A stretch of 29,764 nucleotides of DNA from positions 1 to 29,764 of the IMG/VR virus record IMGVR_UViG_3300030376_006729. One strand, written 5' to 3'. Made by a program: the position numbers and the translations under genes. The notes below the pieces were generated by a model that ran no database searches, was not told the origin of the DNA, and worked only from the letters and a program-made list of their open reading frames with translations. The DNA comes from a virus. Its lineage: Duplodnaviria; Caudoviricetes. The first letter of the stretch is position 1; each line of letters starts with the position of its first letter. Shown here piece after piece: positions 9,142 through 19,027 of this stretch.

Positions 9142-10779
9142 TTAGAATGAACCTCCAGTAACTGGATTTTTCATTACAATTTTCAAGACTTTGGTCGGGT
9201 CTTTTACCCATATAGAAGGCATGGTTTGTGTCATCATTACACGGTATCCATTAAAATTACCTGATGAAGCAAATCCTTGCGTTCTTCCCATATAGTCCAT
9301 AGTTCCATTTTGATAGAACCATTTCAATTGATTATCCCAAGAAAGTTTTAACAAGTGAATGTTATCATTTCCTGACTCAGTGATGTCAAAGATAATAAAG
9401 CTATAAGAGCTTAATGGTCTTCCATCAATAAGTGGATTCTCAATATCATTAGTGTGTAAATTATCAAAAGCTGGATTAAGTACAAATCTAACATTAGCTA
9501 AGAAAGGAATTACGTAAGATGTGAATGCATATCCAAATCCTAAGTCCATACCTTGCCCTGTTACCATTCCATTGTTGTCAGCATTAATTACACCACCAAT
9601 AGTTGTAAGTCCTGCTGCTTCTTTTGCAATAGCATCATTTACTAATTTCATACCACCAATTCCAGTTTGTACAATTAATGTACGTTTTGGATCTGGTCCT
9701 TCTAATTCAACTTTACCTTGATAGAAGTTATAAAGTTCAGTTTTGAACATATCTAAACTGAAAGAAGACTTATTATAAATTCTTTTGTAAGAATTGTCTA
9801 ATTGCTTCCAAAGACCTACAGACATTCTGATGTCATCTGGTCCATCTTGTTTTACTCTACCTCCGTGTCCCCACATTAAGTATGTTTCTATATCACTTGC
9901 AATTTTGTTCAAGTGAGCAGCTTCAAGATTAGTTAAGAATGTTCTTGATAAATTTCCGTTATCAAAAGCTCTCTTTACATAATCAGCTCCCATAATTTCT
10001 ACCATACTTTCTAATGAAGATACTGAAGGATCTACGTCTTGATCAAAAGTTCTCCAAATCTCTGTAACTGGAATAGAACCATCAGCATTCATTCCTCCTT
10101 TAAGCATTAAGTCTGCTCTAGAAGAAATTGAATAATGAACGTGTGCTTCAGCTCCTCCTACAAAGTTGTAGAATTCACGGAAACCTGTTCCTGTTGTAAG
10201 ATCTGAAAATCTTTCACCGTACTCTCCTCTTGCAGAACCTTTTCTGAAAAATTTAGTACCTGATTTTAAGTAGCTATCTTTTAAACCTTGTGTGTTATTA
10301 CTATTTACAATTTGAACAGTATAAACAAATCCGTCACCTGATGGTAAAATATCATCAGCTGTAACGTAAAGTTCAATACCATTATACTTGTCATAAGTAA
10401 TAATATCACCATGTCCAAAAGCTCTCTTACTTAAAAGAATTTTGAATGTTTGACCATCTACCCCTCTTGTTGTACCAGCAGCGTCTGTGACGCCATCTAT
10501 TACACCTAAAGAGTAAGGAAGGTCTTGCGCAATGGGAGTTTGCCATTTATACTCACCTCTAGCATTATCCACCATAATTGTATTATTACCACCAAATGAA
10601 GCTAATTGATACAAAGGCATTTCTACCTTTTGTGTCATAGCCCATAAGTCTACAGGACCCATATCCATAGGTTCTGCAGATCCTAACATTTGTGTTAGGT
10701 GGTAAGAATCAACATGTGAACTAGCTTTGTAGTTAGTATCTCTGAGGAAAATCCCATTATTTAAAACTGGAGTTGCCAT
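9142..10779 (-). CDS. Major capsid protein (crAss-like HK97 fold)
   Basis: 545 aa. YKWQ E-loop-like motif, ETYLMWG and GLWKQL spine-helix region, LNPAFDN motif. Located after portal and scaffold and followed by a terminator. Confidence 0.85.
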   Translation of the reverse strand: MATPVLNNGIFLRDTNYKASSHVDSYHLTQMLGSAEPMDMGPVDLWAMTQKVEMPLYQLASFGGNNTIMVDNARGEYKWQTPIAQDLPYSLGVIDGVTDAAGTTRGVDGQTFKILLSKRAFGHGDIITYDKYNGIELYVTADDILPSGDGFVYTVQIVNSNNTQGLKDSYLKSGTKFFRKGSARGEYGERFSDLTTGTGFREFYNFVGGAEAHVHYSISSRADLMLKGGMNADGSIPVTEIWRTFDQDVDPSVSSLESMVEIMGADYVKRAFDNGNLSRTFLTNLEAAHLNKIASDIETYLMWGHGGRVKQDGPDDIRMSVGLWKQLDNSYKRIYNKSSFSLDMFKTELYNFYQGKVELEGPDPKRTLIVQTGIGGMKLVNDAIAKEAAGLTTIGGVINADNNGMVTGQGMDLGFGYAFTSYVIPFLANVRFVLNPAFDNLHTNDIENPLIDGRPLSSYSFIIFDITESGNDNIHLLKLSWDNQLKWFYQNGTMDYMGRTQGFASSGNFNGYRVMMTQTMPSIWVKDPTKVLKIVMKNPVTGGSF

Positions 10780-10828
10780 AATTGATTATTGTTATTTAGT
10801 TAATATTAAGTTAATTGTTATTATTTTT

Positions 10829-11224
10829 TTATGGTAGAGGCTCATAATATCCTACAATAAATCTACATTTTCCTGCAGTTAAATTAGCTGTTGCTAATGT
10901 AACTTTAATAGGATCAAGATTAGTTGTTTTCTTATTTAAAGAACCAGCTAATATTGTAACATAAGGATCAGCTACAGCTCTATTTGCAATAGTCATAGCT
11001 CCTGTTAATGCTAAACCACCAGCTGTTAATGTCATAGTATTACCTGTACCTACATTAAGAGTTGGTGTTTCCACCATAATTTCTGTTATTATAGATCCTA
11101 CAGGAATAGTTGATGTTGTTGCAAGTGATGTTACACCACCATCAGTAGCAATAGCACTACCATCATCTGTAAAATCATATATAGCAGAAACATATTTTTT
11201 TTCTATCATATTTGTTGTTGCCAT
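10829..11224 (-). CDS. Small beta-sandwich capsid decoration/cement-like protein, paralogue 3
   Basis: 131 aa; KYVSAIYDF..DG, IPVGSII and AGKCRFIVGY motifs shared with 11429-11848 and 13288-13695. Confidence 0.55.
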   Translation of the reverse strand: MATTNMIEKKYVSAIYDFTDDGSAIATDGGVTSLATTSTIPVGSIITEIMVETPTLNVGTGNTMTLTAGGLALTGAMTIANRAVADPYVTILAGSLNKKTTNLDPIKVTLATANLTAGKCRFIVGYYEPLP

Positions 11225-11282
11225 AAGTCAAATTTTTTTTTTAAAGTTTATAAATTAATTAATTTGTTGTTGTTTTCTTTTA

Positions 11283-11426
11283 TTAATTTTCTTCCCATCT
11301 TTTTTCTATTGTTTCTTTCCATAATTCTTCTATTGCAAGTACTTCAGAATTTGTAGTATTTCTTATTACTTCATCAACATATGCTAATGCTTCTTCTTTT
11401 GTAACACCGTTTAATTTTTTTGCCAT
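11283..11426 (-). CDS. Small acidic helical protein, 47 aa (below ORF-track cutoff)
   Basis: MAKKLNGVTKEEALAYVDEVIRNTTNSEVLAIEELWKETIEKRWEEN; ATG 2 nt after the upstream stop, with the same TTATGGCA start context as neighbouring genes. Confidence 0.65.
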   Translation of the reverse strand: MAKKLNGVTKEEALAYVDEVIRNTTNSEVLAIEELWKETIEKRWEEN

Positions 11427-11428
11427 AA

Positions 11429-11848
11429 TTATGTAATTTGTCCGTTATCTAAATCCATATAATCTGCTGGTAAAAAATAACCAATAGTTGCAGCAACTGA
11501 TCCAGCTGTTGTTGTATCTGAAAATAAAAAATTAATTACTCTATCATCATCTGTTATTTTTTTCGGAGTAGGTGTAGGATTTACTGCATTATTAAGTACC
11601 TTATAGTCAGCCCATACTGCAGCAGCAGCAATTTCATTACTTCCTACTTTAATTTTTAATGTAGGTGTTCCTCCTGAAACTACTGTTCTTACATTTTCAA
11701 TTGTGAGATCTACAATTATAGCACCTAAAGGTAAAGATGTTGTTGTTTTAGGAATTACTGCTGTTGTACCACCATCTACAAAAAAATCCCAAACTGCTGA
11801 TGCATATTGTTTTTGTCTATCTACTACTGGAGTTATTTTAAATGCCAT
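11429..11848 (-). CDS. Small capsid decoration/cement-like protein, paralogue 2
   Basis: 139 aa; QYASAVWDF..DG, LPLGAIIVD and AGSVAATIGY motifs. Confidence 0.55.
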   Translation of the reverse strand: MAFKITPVVDRQKQYASAVWDFFVDGGTTAVIPKTTTSLPLGAIIVDLTIENVRTVVSGGTPTLKIKVGSNEIAAAAVWADYKVLNNAVNPTPTPKKITDDDRVINFLFSDTTTAGSVAATIGYFLPADYMDLDNGQIT

Positions 11849-11858
11849 AATTTAATTA

Positions 11859-13151
11859 TTAAATTCGTTTAAATATATTACCACTTTTTCTTGGTAGTTT
11901 TCTTGATGGTCTTTTTTTAGGTTGCTCTTCTTGAATAGTTCCAGCAGTTCTTTTACTACTTTGTGCTGTTTTAAGTTTTCTAACAGTTTCTTCAACTGAT
12001 TTATTAGCTCCTAATTTCATTATATTATTTTTGTATCCTTTTGGATCTGCAAGTAACCATAATGCTTCTGTTACTAACGGATAGTTTGGTTCAGTAAACT
12101 GATACTTTTCTAATAAATGACCTAACAAGTTTGTATTTTGTCCACTAATTGATGGATAGGCTGGATTTACTAATCCATTATATATAAATGATTGTGTTTT
12201 TTTATCAACCTTTATATTACCCACTTTACCATCTTTTAATGAATTATATACATTTTGCATATAATTTTTAGATGCTTGTTCTTTTTGTTTCTTTTTCATG
12301 TCTTGTTCTTGCAATTTTCTTGCAACAACTTTTTCTTGCATCTTATCTAATTTAGGTTTAAACTTCATAGCTTGTTGTTCAAGCTTTCCAAGATCTTTCC
12401 ATACTTCAATTTCTTCTTGTATTTCTTCTGCATTACCAAAACCAGTAGCACCTAAGTACTCTCTAATAATACGTTCTTGATCTGCATCTTTTTTAACATC
12501 TAATGCTCTATGTTCTTCAACATGAGCTAATGCTCCAAACATACCTTTAAGATCTGTTCCTCCATCTGCAACATATCTTGCTGCTATCTGAAGTTCTTGT
12601 GGCAAACTGTCAAAGAACTGTTTTGGAGTTTCCTGTCTAACTGCTCTTGTTCTTTCATCTAAGTTAGCTTGAATTAATTCTTGCAAATCTTTTGCACTAT
12701 AATCTTCAAGTTCTTTTCCATCATCAAAAGCAAAAAGTTTTTCATCTTCAATTAGTTTTTTAAAGACATCTCCTACTCCATCTATTGATTTTCTTCCTCT
12801 TGTTTTTTTAGGTTCTTCAATTTCTTCTTTTTCTTCTTCAACATTATCACCTAAAATTTCATCTATTTGTTCTTTTGAAACTACTTCTTTTTTAGTTTCC
12901 TGTTTTGTTTCTTCAGTAGTTTCTGAGTTATCATCAGTTGACTCTTCAGTTGTAGTTTCTTCTTTAGATTCTACTGTTGGTTTATCAATAAAAGACATAT
13001 CTACATCTTTTTTTCTACTAAATACGTTAGGTTTTTTTACTTCTTCTTCTGGTAATGCTACTGAATCTGCTCCAGGTGCTCCATTAAAGATTTCACTAAG
13101 GTCAACGTCTACCTTTTCTACTTTAGTTTCTATATTTTTTGTATCAGCCAT
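11859..13151 (-). CDS. Capsid scaffolding-like protein (crAss 'gene 77'-like position)
   Basis: 430 aa with a long acidic low-complexity N-terminus, coiled-coil middle and basic C-terminal tail; lies between portal and MCP. Confidence 0.6.
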   Translation of the reverse strand: MADTKNIETKVEKVDVDLSEIFNGAPGADSVALPEEEVKKPNVFSRKKDVDMSFIDKPTVESKEETTTEESTDDNSETTEETKQETKKEVVSKEQIDEILGDNVEEEKEEIEEPKKTRGRKSIDGVGDVFKKLIEDEKLFAFDDGKELEDYSAKDLQELIQANLDERTRAVRQETPKQFFDSLPQELQIAARYVADGGTDLKGMFGALAHVEEHRALDVKKDADQERIIREYLGATGFGNAEEIQEEIEVWKDLGKLEQQAMKFKPKLDKMQEKVVARKLQEQDMKKKQKEQASKNYMQNVYNSLKDGKVGNIKVDKKTQSFIYNGLVNPAYPSISGQNTNLLGHLLEKYQFTEPNYPLVTEALWLLADPKGYKNNIMKLGANKSVEETVRKLKTAQSSKRTAGTIQEEQPKKRPSRKLPRKSGNIFKRI

Positions 13152-13178
13152 AATTCAATTGGTTTTAAAAATTAATGT

Positions 13179-13198
13179 TACATATATAATATACAAAA
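13179..13198 (-). promoter_or_regulatory. Putative strong late promoter driving scaffold-decoration-MCP
   Basis: Exact 20-bp match to 7112-7131. Confidence 0.7.
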
Positions 13199-13287
13199 GA
13201 TTTTTTATTAAACCTTAGAAATTTTAAAATTGTAAAATATTTTTTGTAGTATATAGCTAAGTATGTTTAATATGTTTTATAAAACAC

Positions 13288-13695
13288 TTATTGTTGTTTT
13301 TCTAAGTAACCAACAGTTAAAGCAAAATGACCAGCATCTAACTCACCTGGAAACAATATTACTTGTAATTCACCACCAAATCTTCTAATTGTATTTACAA
13401 AAGAAAGATTATAAACACCTGCTGAATAAGAAGTAGGAACAAAACTAATAAGACTACTATAAGCTGAATCTCCCTGAAATAGACATAAAGGTGCTGCTCC
13501 AACTGATGTAACAGGTTCTATTATTTCAAGCGTTACAGAAACTGCAACATTATCAGGAGATGTAATAGCAGGATGTAATACATTTTTATATCTAAAAGTA
13601 CTTGTAGAAACCATATTACCATCTGTTTTTTGATTCCATGTAATTGTTTTATACTTTACTTTTCTTTTTGTAATAGGTGTAACTTTAAAACTCAT
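13288..13695 (-). CDS. Small capsid decoration/cement-like protein, paralogue 1
   Basis: 135 aa; MSFKVTP resembles MAFKITP of paralogue 2, plus KY..ITW...DG and AGHFALTVGY. TAATG overlap with the portal stop. Confidence 0.5.
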   Translation of the reverse strand: MSFKVTPITKRKVKYKTITWNQKTDGNMVSTSTFRYKNVLHPAITSPDNVAVSVTLEIIEPVTSVGAAPLCLFQGDSAYSSLISFVPTSYSAGVYNLSFVNTIRRFGGELQVILFPGELDAGHFALTVGYLEKQQ

Positions 13696-16454
13696 TATTC
13701 TTTATTTTTAGATTTACTTTGAACATCATATTTATTTTTATTTTCTCTTGCTATTTCTAAATTTGTTGATGCAATTTGACGTTGTGTATTTAATTTTTCA
13801 CGTTCAATTTCCATTTTAGATTTATTTAAAGCTTCTTTTTGAACTGACTCTTCTCTTTTAAAATCCATTTGATCTTGATATTGATCTCTTTGAGTCATAT
13901 CTTTCATTGCATCACGAAAATCACTTTGTTGATTTTGATCAATGTCACTTTGTGCACCATATCCAGCAGCTCTAATTTCAGCAACCATAAGATCTTTTTT
14001 TCGTTCCTCTGCAGATTCTGATTTTGTGAATTCACGTTCAGCTGCTTTTTCTTGAGCCTGAGCTTGTAATTGTTGTTGTTGCATTTCTTGTTGTTGTTTC
14101 ATTTGCATTTGTTTTTCAGCTGCTTGTTTTTCTTCAGCACCTTTAAGTATATTACTAACTTCAGCAATTGAATCAGCTTTAATAATACTACCAAGATCAA
14201 ATATACTTGCTCCAGTAGTATTGTTTTGCATAGCCATTTGTTTAAGTTGATCTAAAATAGCTCTATGATTTGTTTTAGTTGTACAGAAAATATTAAAATC
14301 TCTCATCATTAATTCTGTACCATTAATAGTAAAGTTTACTTTTTCTGCTTCACTAGATATGTAATTAAGTCTTACACTTGGTTTAGTACTATGATAGTAT
14401 TGAGAAAGGTCTGTTCTCATTTGATGTACTCTAGGCATAAGATTATCTGAATGTTGAATAAAATACATTTCAGTTTGAGAATAAGATGATTGTACAGCTT
14501 GTTGTACACCTGTTGCAGTTTGTCTAGATACTTCTTGCCCTAATCTTTGAGGATTAACACCAATAGCTTCAAATGCCTGTTGTTTAAAATGATTAGCTAA
14601 TTGTATTCTAGACATTATTCTATTTGTTTGTTCTAGATTTAAAGTTTGGTAATGATTAAAATTTGTAGCATTTTCAGTATTTGTTATGGAAGTATCTAAT
14701 GGTAACATACCAAAGTCCTTCATAGCTACATATGCTTTAGCCATATTATTCTTACCCCAGTCTTCACCCATTGAATGACGTGGTAATGCATTTTGGTCAA
14801 ACATTATTACTGTACCAAGTTCATCTACAAGTATATCAGCTATTTGATTATTAACCATATTATAACCAACCTGATATGCTTTCATAAGATCAACTAAAGA
14901 AGTGGATTTAGTATTTCTATCAGAAAATACTCTACCCTCAACTGGAAGTTTACATCCATAAAGATTGTTATCACCTTTAAATTGAAATTCTATTCTACCA
15001 GGTTTTTCTTTATTGATACCTAAATAAACAGGATCAAAATCACTAGTTGTTTCAGTTCTCCATGAGTTAGGTAAATTTCTACCTATCTTAACTCCACCCC
15101 ATACTTCATTAATCCATATCCAGTCTACATGTTCTCCTTCTATAAGATTATCTTTTGTTTTGTTTTTAAATAATGTAGTATTATAAGTTGGTTTATGTGT
15201 CTCTTTCCAATTCTCATCTATAACTAATTGTTCTACTTCACCATCTGTCATTACTCTTGTAAGATGTCCAACTTTTCTTTGTGTTTTCCAATATATTGTT
15301 GAAACTCTTAACATTTCAGAATTTCCTAATGTTTTAAAATCTTCACCTTGATTTAATATTTCAGATACAATATCACCACCACCTCCTGGATTAGTTGCCC
15401 AATTTGTCATAAATTGTCTGTACGCTAATGATGGTGCATTTGTATTCCATTTATGACTTTTAGTTGGATCATAAAAAGAGCCATCATTTTGAACAGGATT
15501 ATTCATATATATTGCTGATTTAGCAGGATGAATTGCTTCTAATGATTCTAATTGTTTTTTAGACATTAGATATCCATATTTATCAATAACGTCTGATATA
15601 GTTAACATTTCACATTTACCAACATAATTAGAATCAGATATATATCTAGTATCTGGAGACTTTTGATAAAATGTTAATACTGGATTCCAAAGTTCTACTT
15701 CATAATCATCTTCCATCATACGGAAATGCCAAAACTCTCTATCACAAACAAGCATATCTTGAAATGCTCTTTCTTCAAGTTCTTGCATTTTAAATCTTTC
15801 TTCATCAACTTTTAATTGATGAGAAGCCCATTCTTCTACTAAACTTCTATAATCTTTTTGAAAAAATTCTTCTATTTCAGGTAATGATTTTAATTGTGCT
15901 GGAGCTAATTTTTCTTTAGCTTCTTCTGACATAGGATCTAATCCCATTTCAATTAATTTTTGAGTAACTTTTTCAGCAGCATCTGCTAATAAATTTTCCT
16001 CAATCATAGATCTTTTTTGCTCAATCATTTCATTATATGATAGATCATCTACTGCTCTAAATTGTACTCTAGAAAATCTTTTAGAAAACTCTCCTGTTAA
16101 AACATTTACAACATTTGGTATAATAGGATAAAATTTTAATTCTAATGCTGAGTCATCTTCTTCAGTTAAAACATCCATTAATTCTTTATACTGATTATCT
16201 TCTTCAACTATATAATCAGTTTTATCAATAATACCTTTAGCTAATTTATAATTTTTAAGTATTTTTCTAGAGTTTCCTTTTAGAAAATTCATACCTTGTT
16301 GCTCTAACCAATCTAAATTCCAAGCAGCCCAATCTTTTGTTTTTCTTTTAGCAGATAAAAATTGTATAGGTTGCGTCAAACTTGATGTAGCAGGATACTT
16401 TGCTTCTTTGGCTTTAGCACCATTTTTTAATTGTAAAGCATTAAATATTTTCAT
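13695..16454 (-). CDS. Portal protein (crAss-like)
   Basis: 919 aa directly after TerL. YPIIPNVVNVLTGE motif, IGVNPQRLG clip-region motif, TATGVQQ and a Gln-rich coiled-coil C-terminal barrel. Confidence 0.85.
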   Translation of the reverse strand: MKIFNALQLKNGAKAKEAKYPATSSLTQPIQFLSAKRKTKDWAAWNLDWLEQQGMNFLKGNSRKILKNYKLAKGIIDKTDYIVEEDNQYKELMDVLTEEDDSALELKFYPIIPNVVNVLTGEFSKRFSRVQFRAVDDLSYNEMIEQKRSMIEENLLADAAEKVTQKLIEMGLDPMSEEAKEKLAPAQLKSLPEIEEFFQKDYRSLVEEWASHQLKVDEERFKMQELEERAFQDMLVCDREFWHFRMMEDDYEVELWNPVLTFYQKSPDTRYISDSNYVGKCEMLTISDVIDKYGYLMSKKQLESLEAIHPAKSAIYMNNPVQNDGSFYDPTKSHKWNTNAPSLAYRQFMTNWATNPGGGGDIVSEILNQGEDFKTLGNSEMLRVSTIYWKTQRKVGHLTRVMTDGEVEQLVIDENWKETHKPTYNTTLFKNKTKDNLIEGEHVDWIWINEVWGGVKIGRNLPNSWRTETTSDFDPVYLGINKEKPGRIEFQFKGDNNLYGCKLPVEGRVFSDRNTKSTSLVDLMKAYQVGYNMVNNQIADILVDELGTVIMFDQNALPRHSMGEDWGKNNMAKAYVAMKDFGMLPLDTSITNTENATNFNHYQTLNLEQTNRIMSRIQLANHFKQQAFEAIGVNPQRLGQEVSRQTATGVQQAVQSSYSQTEMYFIQHSDNLMPRVHQMRTDLSQYYHSTKPSVRLNYISSEAEKVNFTINGTELMMRDFNIFCTTKTNHRAILDQLKQMAMQNNTTGASIFDLGSIIKADSIAEVSNILKGAEEKQAAEKQMQMKQQQEMQQQQLQAQAQEKAAEREFTKSESAEERKKDLMVAEIRAAGYGAQSDIDQNQQSDFRDAMKDMTQRDQYQDQMDFKREESVQKEALNKSKMEIEREKLNTQRQIASTNLEIARENKNKYDVQSKSKNKE

Positions 16455-16458
16455 ATGA

Positions 16459-16560
16459 TTATTTCTTTAATGTGTAGCTAATTTCAGCTTTTCCAAATGA
16501 TGTAAAAGTTGTCCATTTTGGAATATATCCTGTTGAAGAAGTTTGCCAATAGTTTTTCAT
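16459..16560 (-). CDS. 33-aa mini-ORF between terL and portal
   Basis: MKNYWQTSSTGYIPKWTTFTSFGKAEISYTLKK; the ATG immediately follows the terL TAA in frame and the ORF fills the gap almost exactly. Confidence 0.5.
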   Translation of the reverse strand: MKNYWQTSSTGYIPKWTTFTSFGKAEISYTLKK

Positions 16561-18750
16561 TTATTTTATATTTTTAAATGCAGACTTTTTAAATTTAGTA
16601 GATTTAGATTTTTTTCCTCTGCCTAAATTTTTAAAAGCCCTCATATTTAATTTATACAAATTTTTAGACTTTTCCAAGTTATCTCCTGACATATCACTCT
16701 CTTTACGCTTTAAATACCCTCTATTTGATTGTTGTACCTTTGCAAATGCAACTAATGCAGAAAAGGCTACCATTCTATCCACATTTAATCCAGGAAAATA
16801 TTGTGACATTTCAGTGAGCAACATTGGATCTGGTATTCTATCAATTCCTAATGTTTGAGATATAACTTCTCCATTGTCATCTAACTCTTCATCAATAGCT
16901 TCACGTATATATTCTAAAGCATAAGATATTAAATGACTTTTAAATAATGTTCCTGTATTTTTCCAACCATATTCTTGAAATACATTTTGATTAGATCCAA
17001 GATCTTTTAAAAATAAAATTTGTTGTTTTGGTACCAAATATTTTTGTTTTTTCCTAGCTATCATATGCTGAATAAATAGTGATATATTATTCTCAACAAT
17101 TGTCCATGCTTTATACCATTCTATTATTAATTCTAATTGTTCATGTGTTTTATTTATATCATCATATCTACCACACCAAGATGCAACTATTTTATCTTTT
17201 TCTACAAAAGTTTCTGGACCATCTGGTGTTTCTCTAGTTATTTCAACAGGATTTTTATAAACAAATATACTACATAAAGAATCTGATGTAGTAGTTTTAC
17301 CTTCTGACACAGGGTCAATAGATGCATAATACATTCCAAATCCTGGATTTTTTACAGGTCTCTCCCATACAACTAATGATCCAGTTTTATCTTCCATTTT
17401 CTTTTTTACTGGAAAATGAGATATTGGAAGTTTTTTTGTTCTTTTAGCAACTATACCTTTTTGATCTCTTTCTAGTTTTATAAACTCATAAGAGTATTCT
17501 TTATCTTCTATTTTTTTTAATTGCTTTGCAATAATACCTTGTGGAAAAATTGATGCTTGTCTATATGCAAAAGCTTCTGCAATATCAATAGGTTTTTGAG
17601 ATATACGTAATTGATATTGTTCTGGTGATAAATCTTTTTCCCATTGACCTCTTTCATTTCTAATAGCTTCTAAAGCTTCATTAACTTTAGAATTACCAAA
17701 TTTATCAATGTATGGAGGCATTGACCATTGCTCTGGAATAAATAATCCAGCAATACCTATAGTTCCTTTATCATCCATAAGATCTGTTTCTACAGCATAT
17801 ATATCATTTGCTTGTGGATTGAGTATCATTTCTTTTAATGGATTACATTGATCAAGATCACCTACTGATCCAGCAGCAATAAACATACCTGTAGTTATCA
17901 TACCTGATGTCATTGCTGGTCTAATATATTCATATGTTTGATCCATCTTAGGAGCAATACCAGCTTCTTCATGAAAGAAGTAAGTACAAGGTCCACCTAC
18001 ACCAGTTGTTGGATTTTTTTCAAAAGATGCACCTTGTATTTTAGACATAAGTCCTTTGTTAGTTTTTCTATTATTTATTCTTACTTCTATTTTTTGTTCC
18101 CATAATAAAATCTTTTCAGGTGTACATGGCCTATACCATGCAGTGTGTTCATTTAAAAATGTTTTATATTCATCAAGAAATTTCCATGAACCTTTATCAT
18201 TAATATAATCTTTAAGTGATGCACCTATTTTACATATAGATCCTTCTTCAAACCAAAATTGATTTAAAATTTTAGCCATATGAAAATAAGAAGATGCTAT
18301 TTGTCTTTTTTTAAGTATAGCAACATGTTTATAATGTAATTCTGCTAATACTTCATATAATGCCATATGATATTGAGCATCTCTTACTTTTGCAAAACCA
18401 TATTTTTTTTCTTCTTTATCAAAAATTGGTAAAAAATTTAACCACATATAGTAATCTCTACTTAAGTAGAATATATTTTTTTTACCATGATATATTACAC
18501 CATCTCTACATTTATTTTTTTGATCATTCCAATAATTTATATAGTCTTTAGATCTAAATGGTTTGTCACAATAAAAACCATCCCTATCAAATTTCTTAGC
18601 TTCTTCATTAAATAAAAGAGCTACTTCATCAAAATTATATTGACCTGGTTCTTTAAAAAGAGTTATAATATATTTTTTAAAATCTTCATGAGTTTCAAAA
18701 TCAGTGGTACTCCACTTTTCATTTTTATATGTTGCAATAGATTTATACAT
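16561..18750 (-). CDS. terL: Terminase large subunit
   Basis: Walker A-like LKKRQIASS, Walker B FFHEEAG, RNase H nuclease motif YASIDP, IVENN and C-terminal NVDRMVA. Confidence 0.9.
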   Translation of the reverse strand: MYKSIATYKNEKWSTTDFETHEDFKKYIITLFKEPGQYNFDEVALLFNEEAKKFDRDGFYCDKPFRSKDYINYWNDQKNKCRDGVIYHGKKNIFYLSRDYYMWLNFLPIFDKEEKKYGFAKVRDAQYHMALYEVLAELHYKHVAILKKRQIASSYFHMAKILNQFWFEEGSICKIGASLKDYINDKGSWKFLDEYKTFLNEHTAWYRPCTPEKILLWEQKIEVRINNRKTNKGLMSKIQGASFEKNPTTGVGGPCTYFFHEEAGIAPKMDQTYEYIRPAMTSGMITTGMFIAAGSVGDLDQCNPLKEMILNPQANDIYAVETDLMDDKGTIGIAGLFIPEQWSMPPYIDKFGNSKVNEALEAIRNERGQWEKDLSPEQYQLRISQKPIDIAEAFAYRQASIFPQGIIAKQLKKIEDKEYSYEFIKLERDQKGIVAKRTKKLPISHFPVKKKMEDKTGSLVVWERPVKNPGFGMYYASIDPVSEGKTTTSDSLCSIFVYKNPVEITRETPDGPETFVEKDKIVASWCGRYDDINKTHEQLELIIEWYKAWTIVENNISLFIQHMIARKKQKYLVPKQQILFLKDLGSNQNVFQEYGWKNTGTLFKSHLISYALEYIREAIDEELDDNGEVISQTLGIDRIPDPMLLTEMSQYFPGLNVDRMVAFSALVAFAKVQQSNRGYLKRKESDMSGDNLEKSKNLYKLNMRAFKNLGRGKKSKSTKFKKSAFKNIK

Positions 18751-19015
18751 CCTGTATTGCCCATATATCTTGTTGTTTTAAAAGAATATGATCTTCATCC
18801 ATATGAGAAACTTTTACAGGTTGAATAAATTGATTAAAGAGAACTACTTCTCCTTCATATATTCCTTTTACATCTTCTCCAACTGCTACTACTGTACCTC
18901 TATCATCTTTTTCTTGTGATGATTCTGGAATATAAATTCCTGTATTACCATAAGTAGTTTCTGGTTTATGTTGTTTTACTAGGATTCTATCTCCTACTGG
19001 TCTAATTGTTGCCAT
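18743..19015 (-). CDS. groES: Co-chaperonin GroES (Cpn10)
   Basis: IRPVGDRILVK, GIYIP mobile loop, GTVVAVG, GEVVLF and LLKQQDIWAI. Confidence 0.9.
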   Translation of the reverse strand: MATIRPVGDRILVKQHKPETTYGNTGIYIPESSQEKDDRGTVVAVGEDVKGIYEGEVVLFNQFIQPVKVSHMDEDHILLKQQDIWAIQDV

Positions 19016-19027
19016 ATTAATTTAGTT

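Noticed and set aside
13273-13286. Perfect 14-bp palindrome TGTTTTATAAAACA
   Set aside because: Single AT-rich instance with no second copy seen; plausible by chance at this composition.
14040-14140. TTG/TGT-rich tandem-like repeats in portal
   Set aside because: Explained by the Gln-rich coiled-coil coding sequence.
13695-18750. Intron or intein in terL or portal
   Set aside because: Both ORFs are continuous, have sizes plausible for crAss-like proteins, and show no intein splice or homing-endonuclease motifs.
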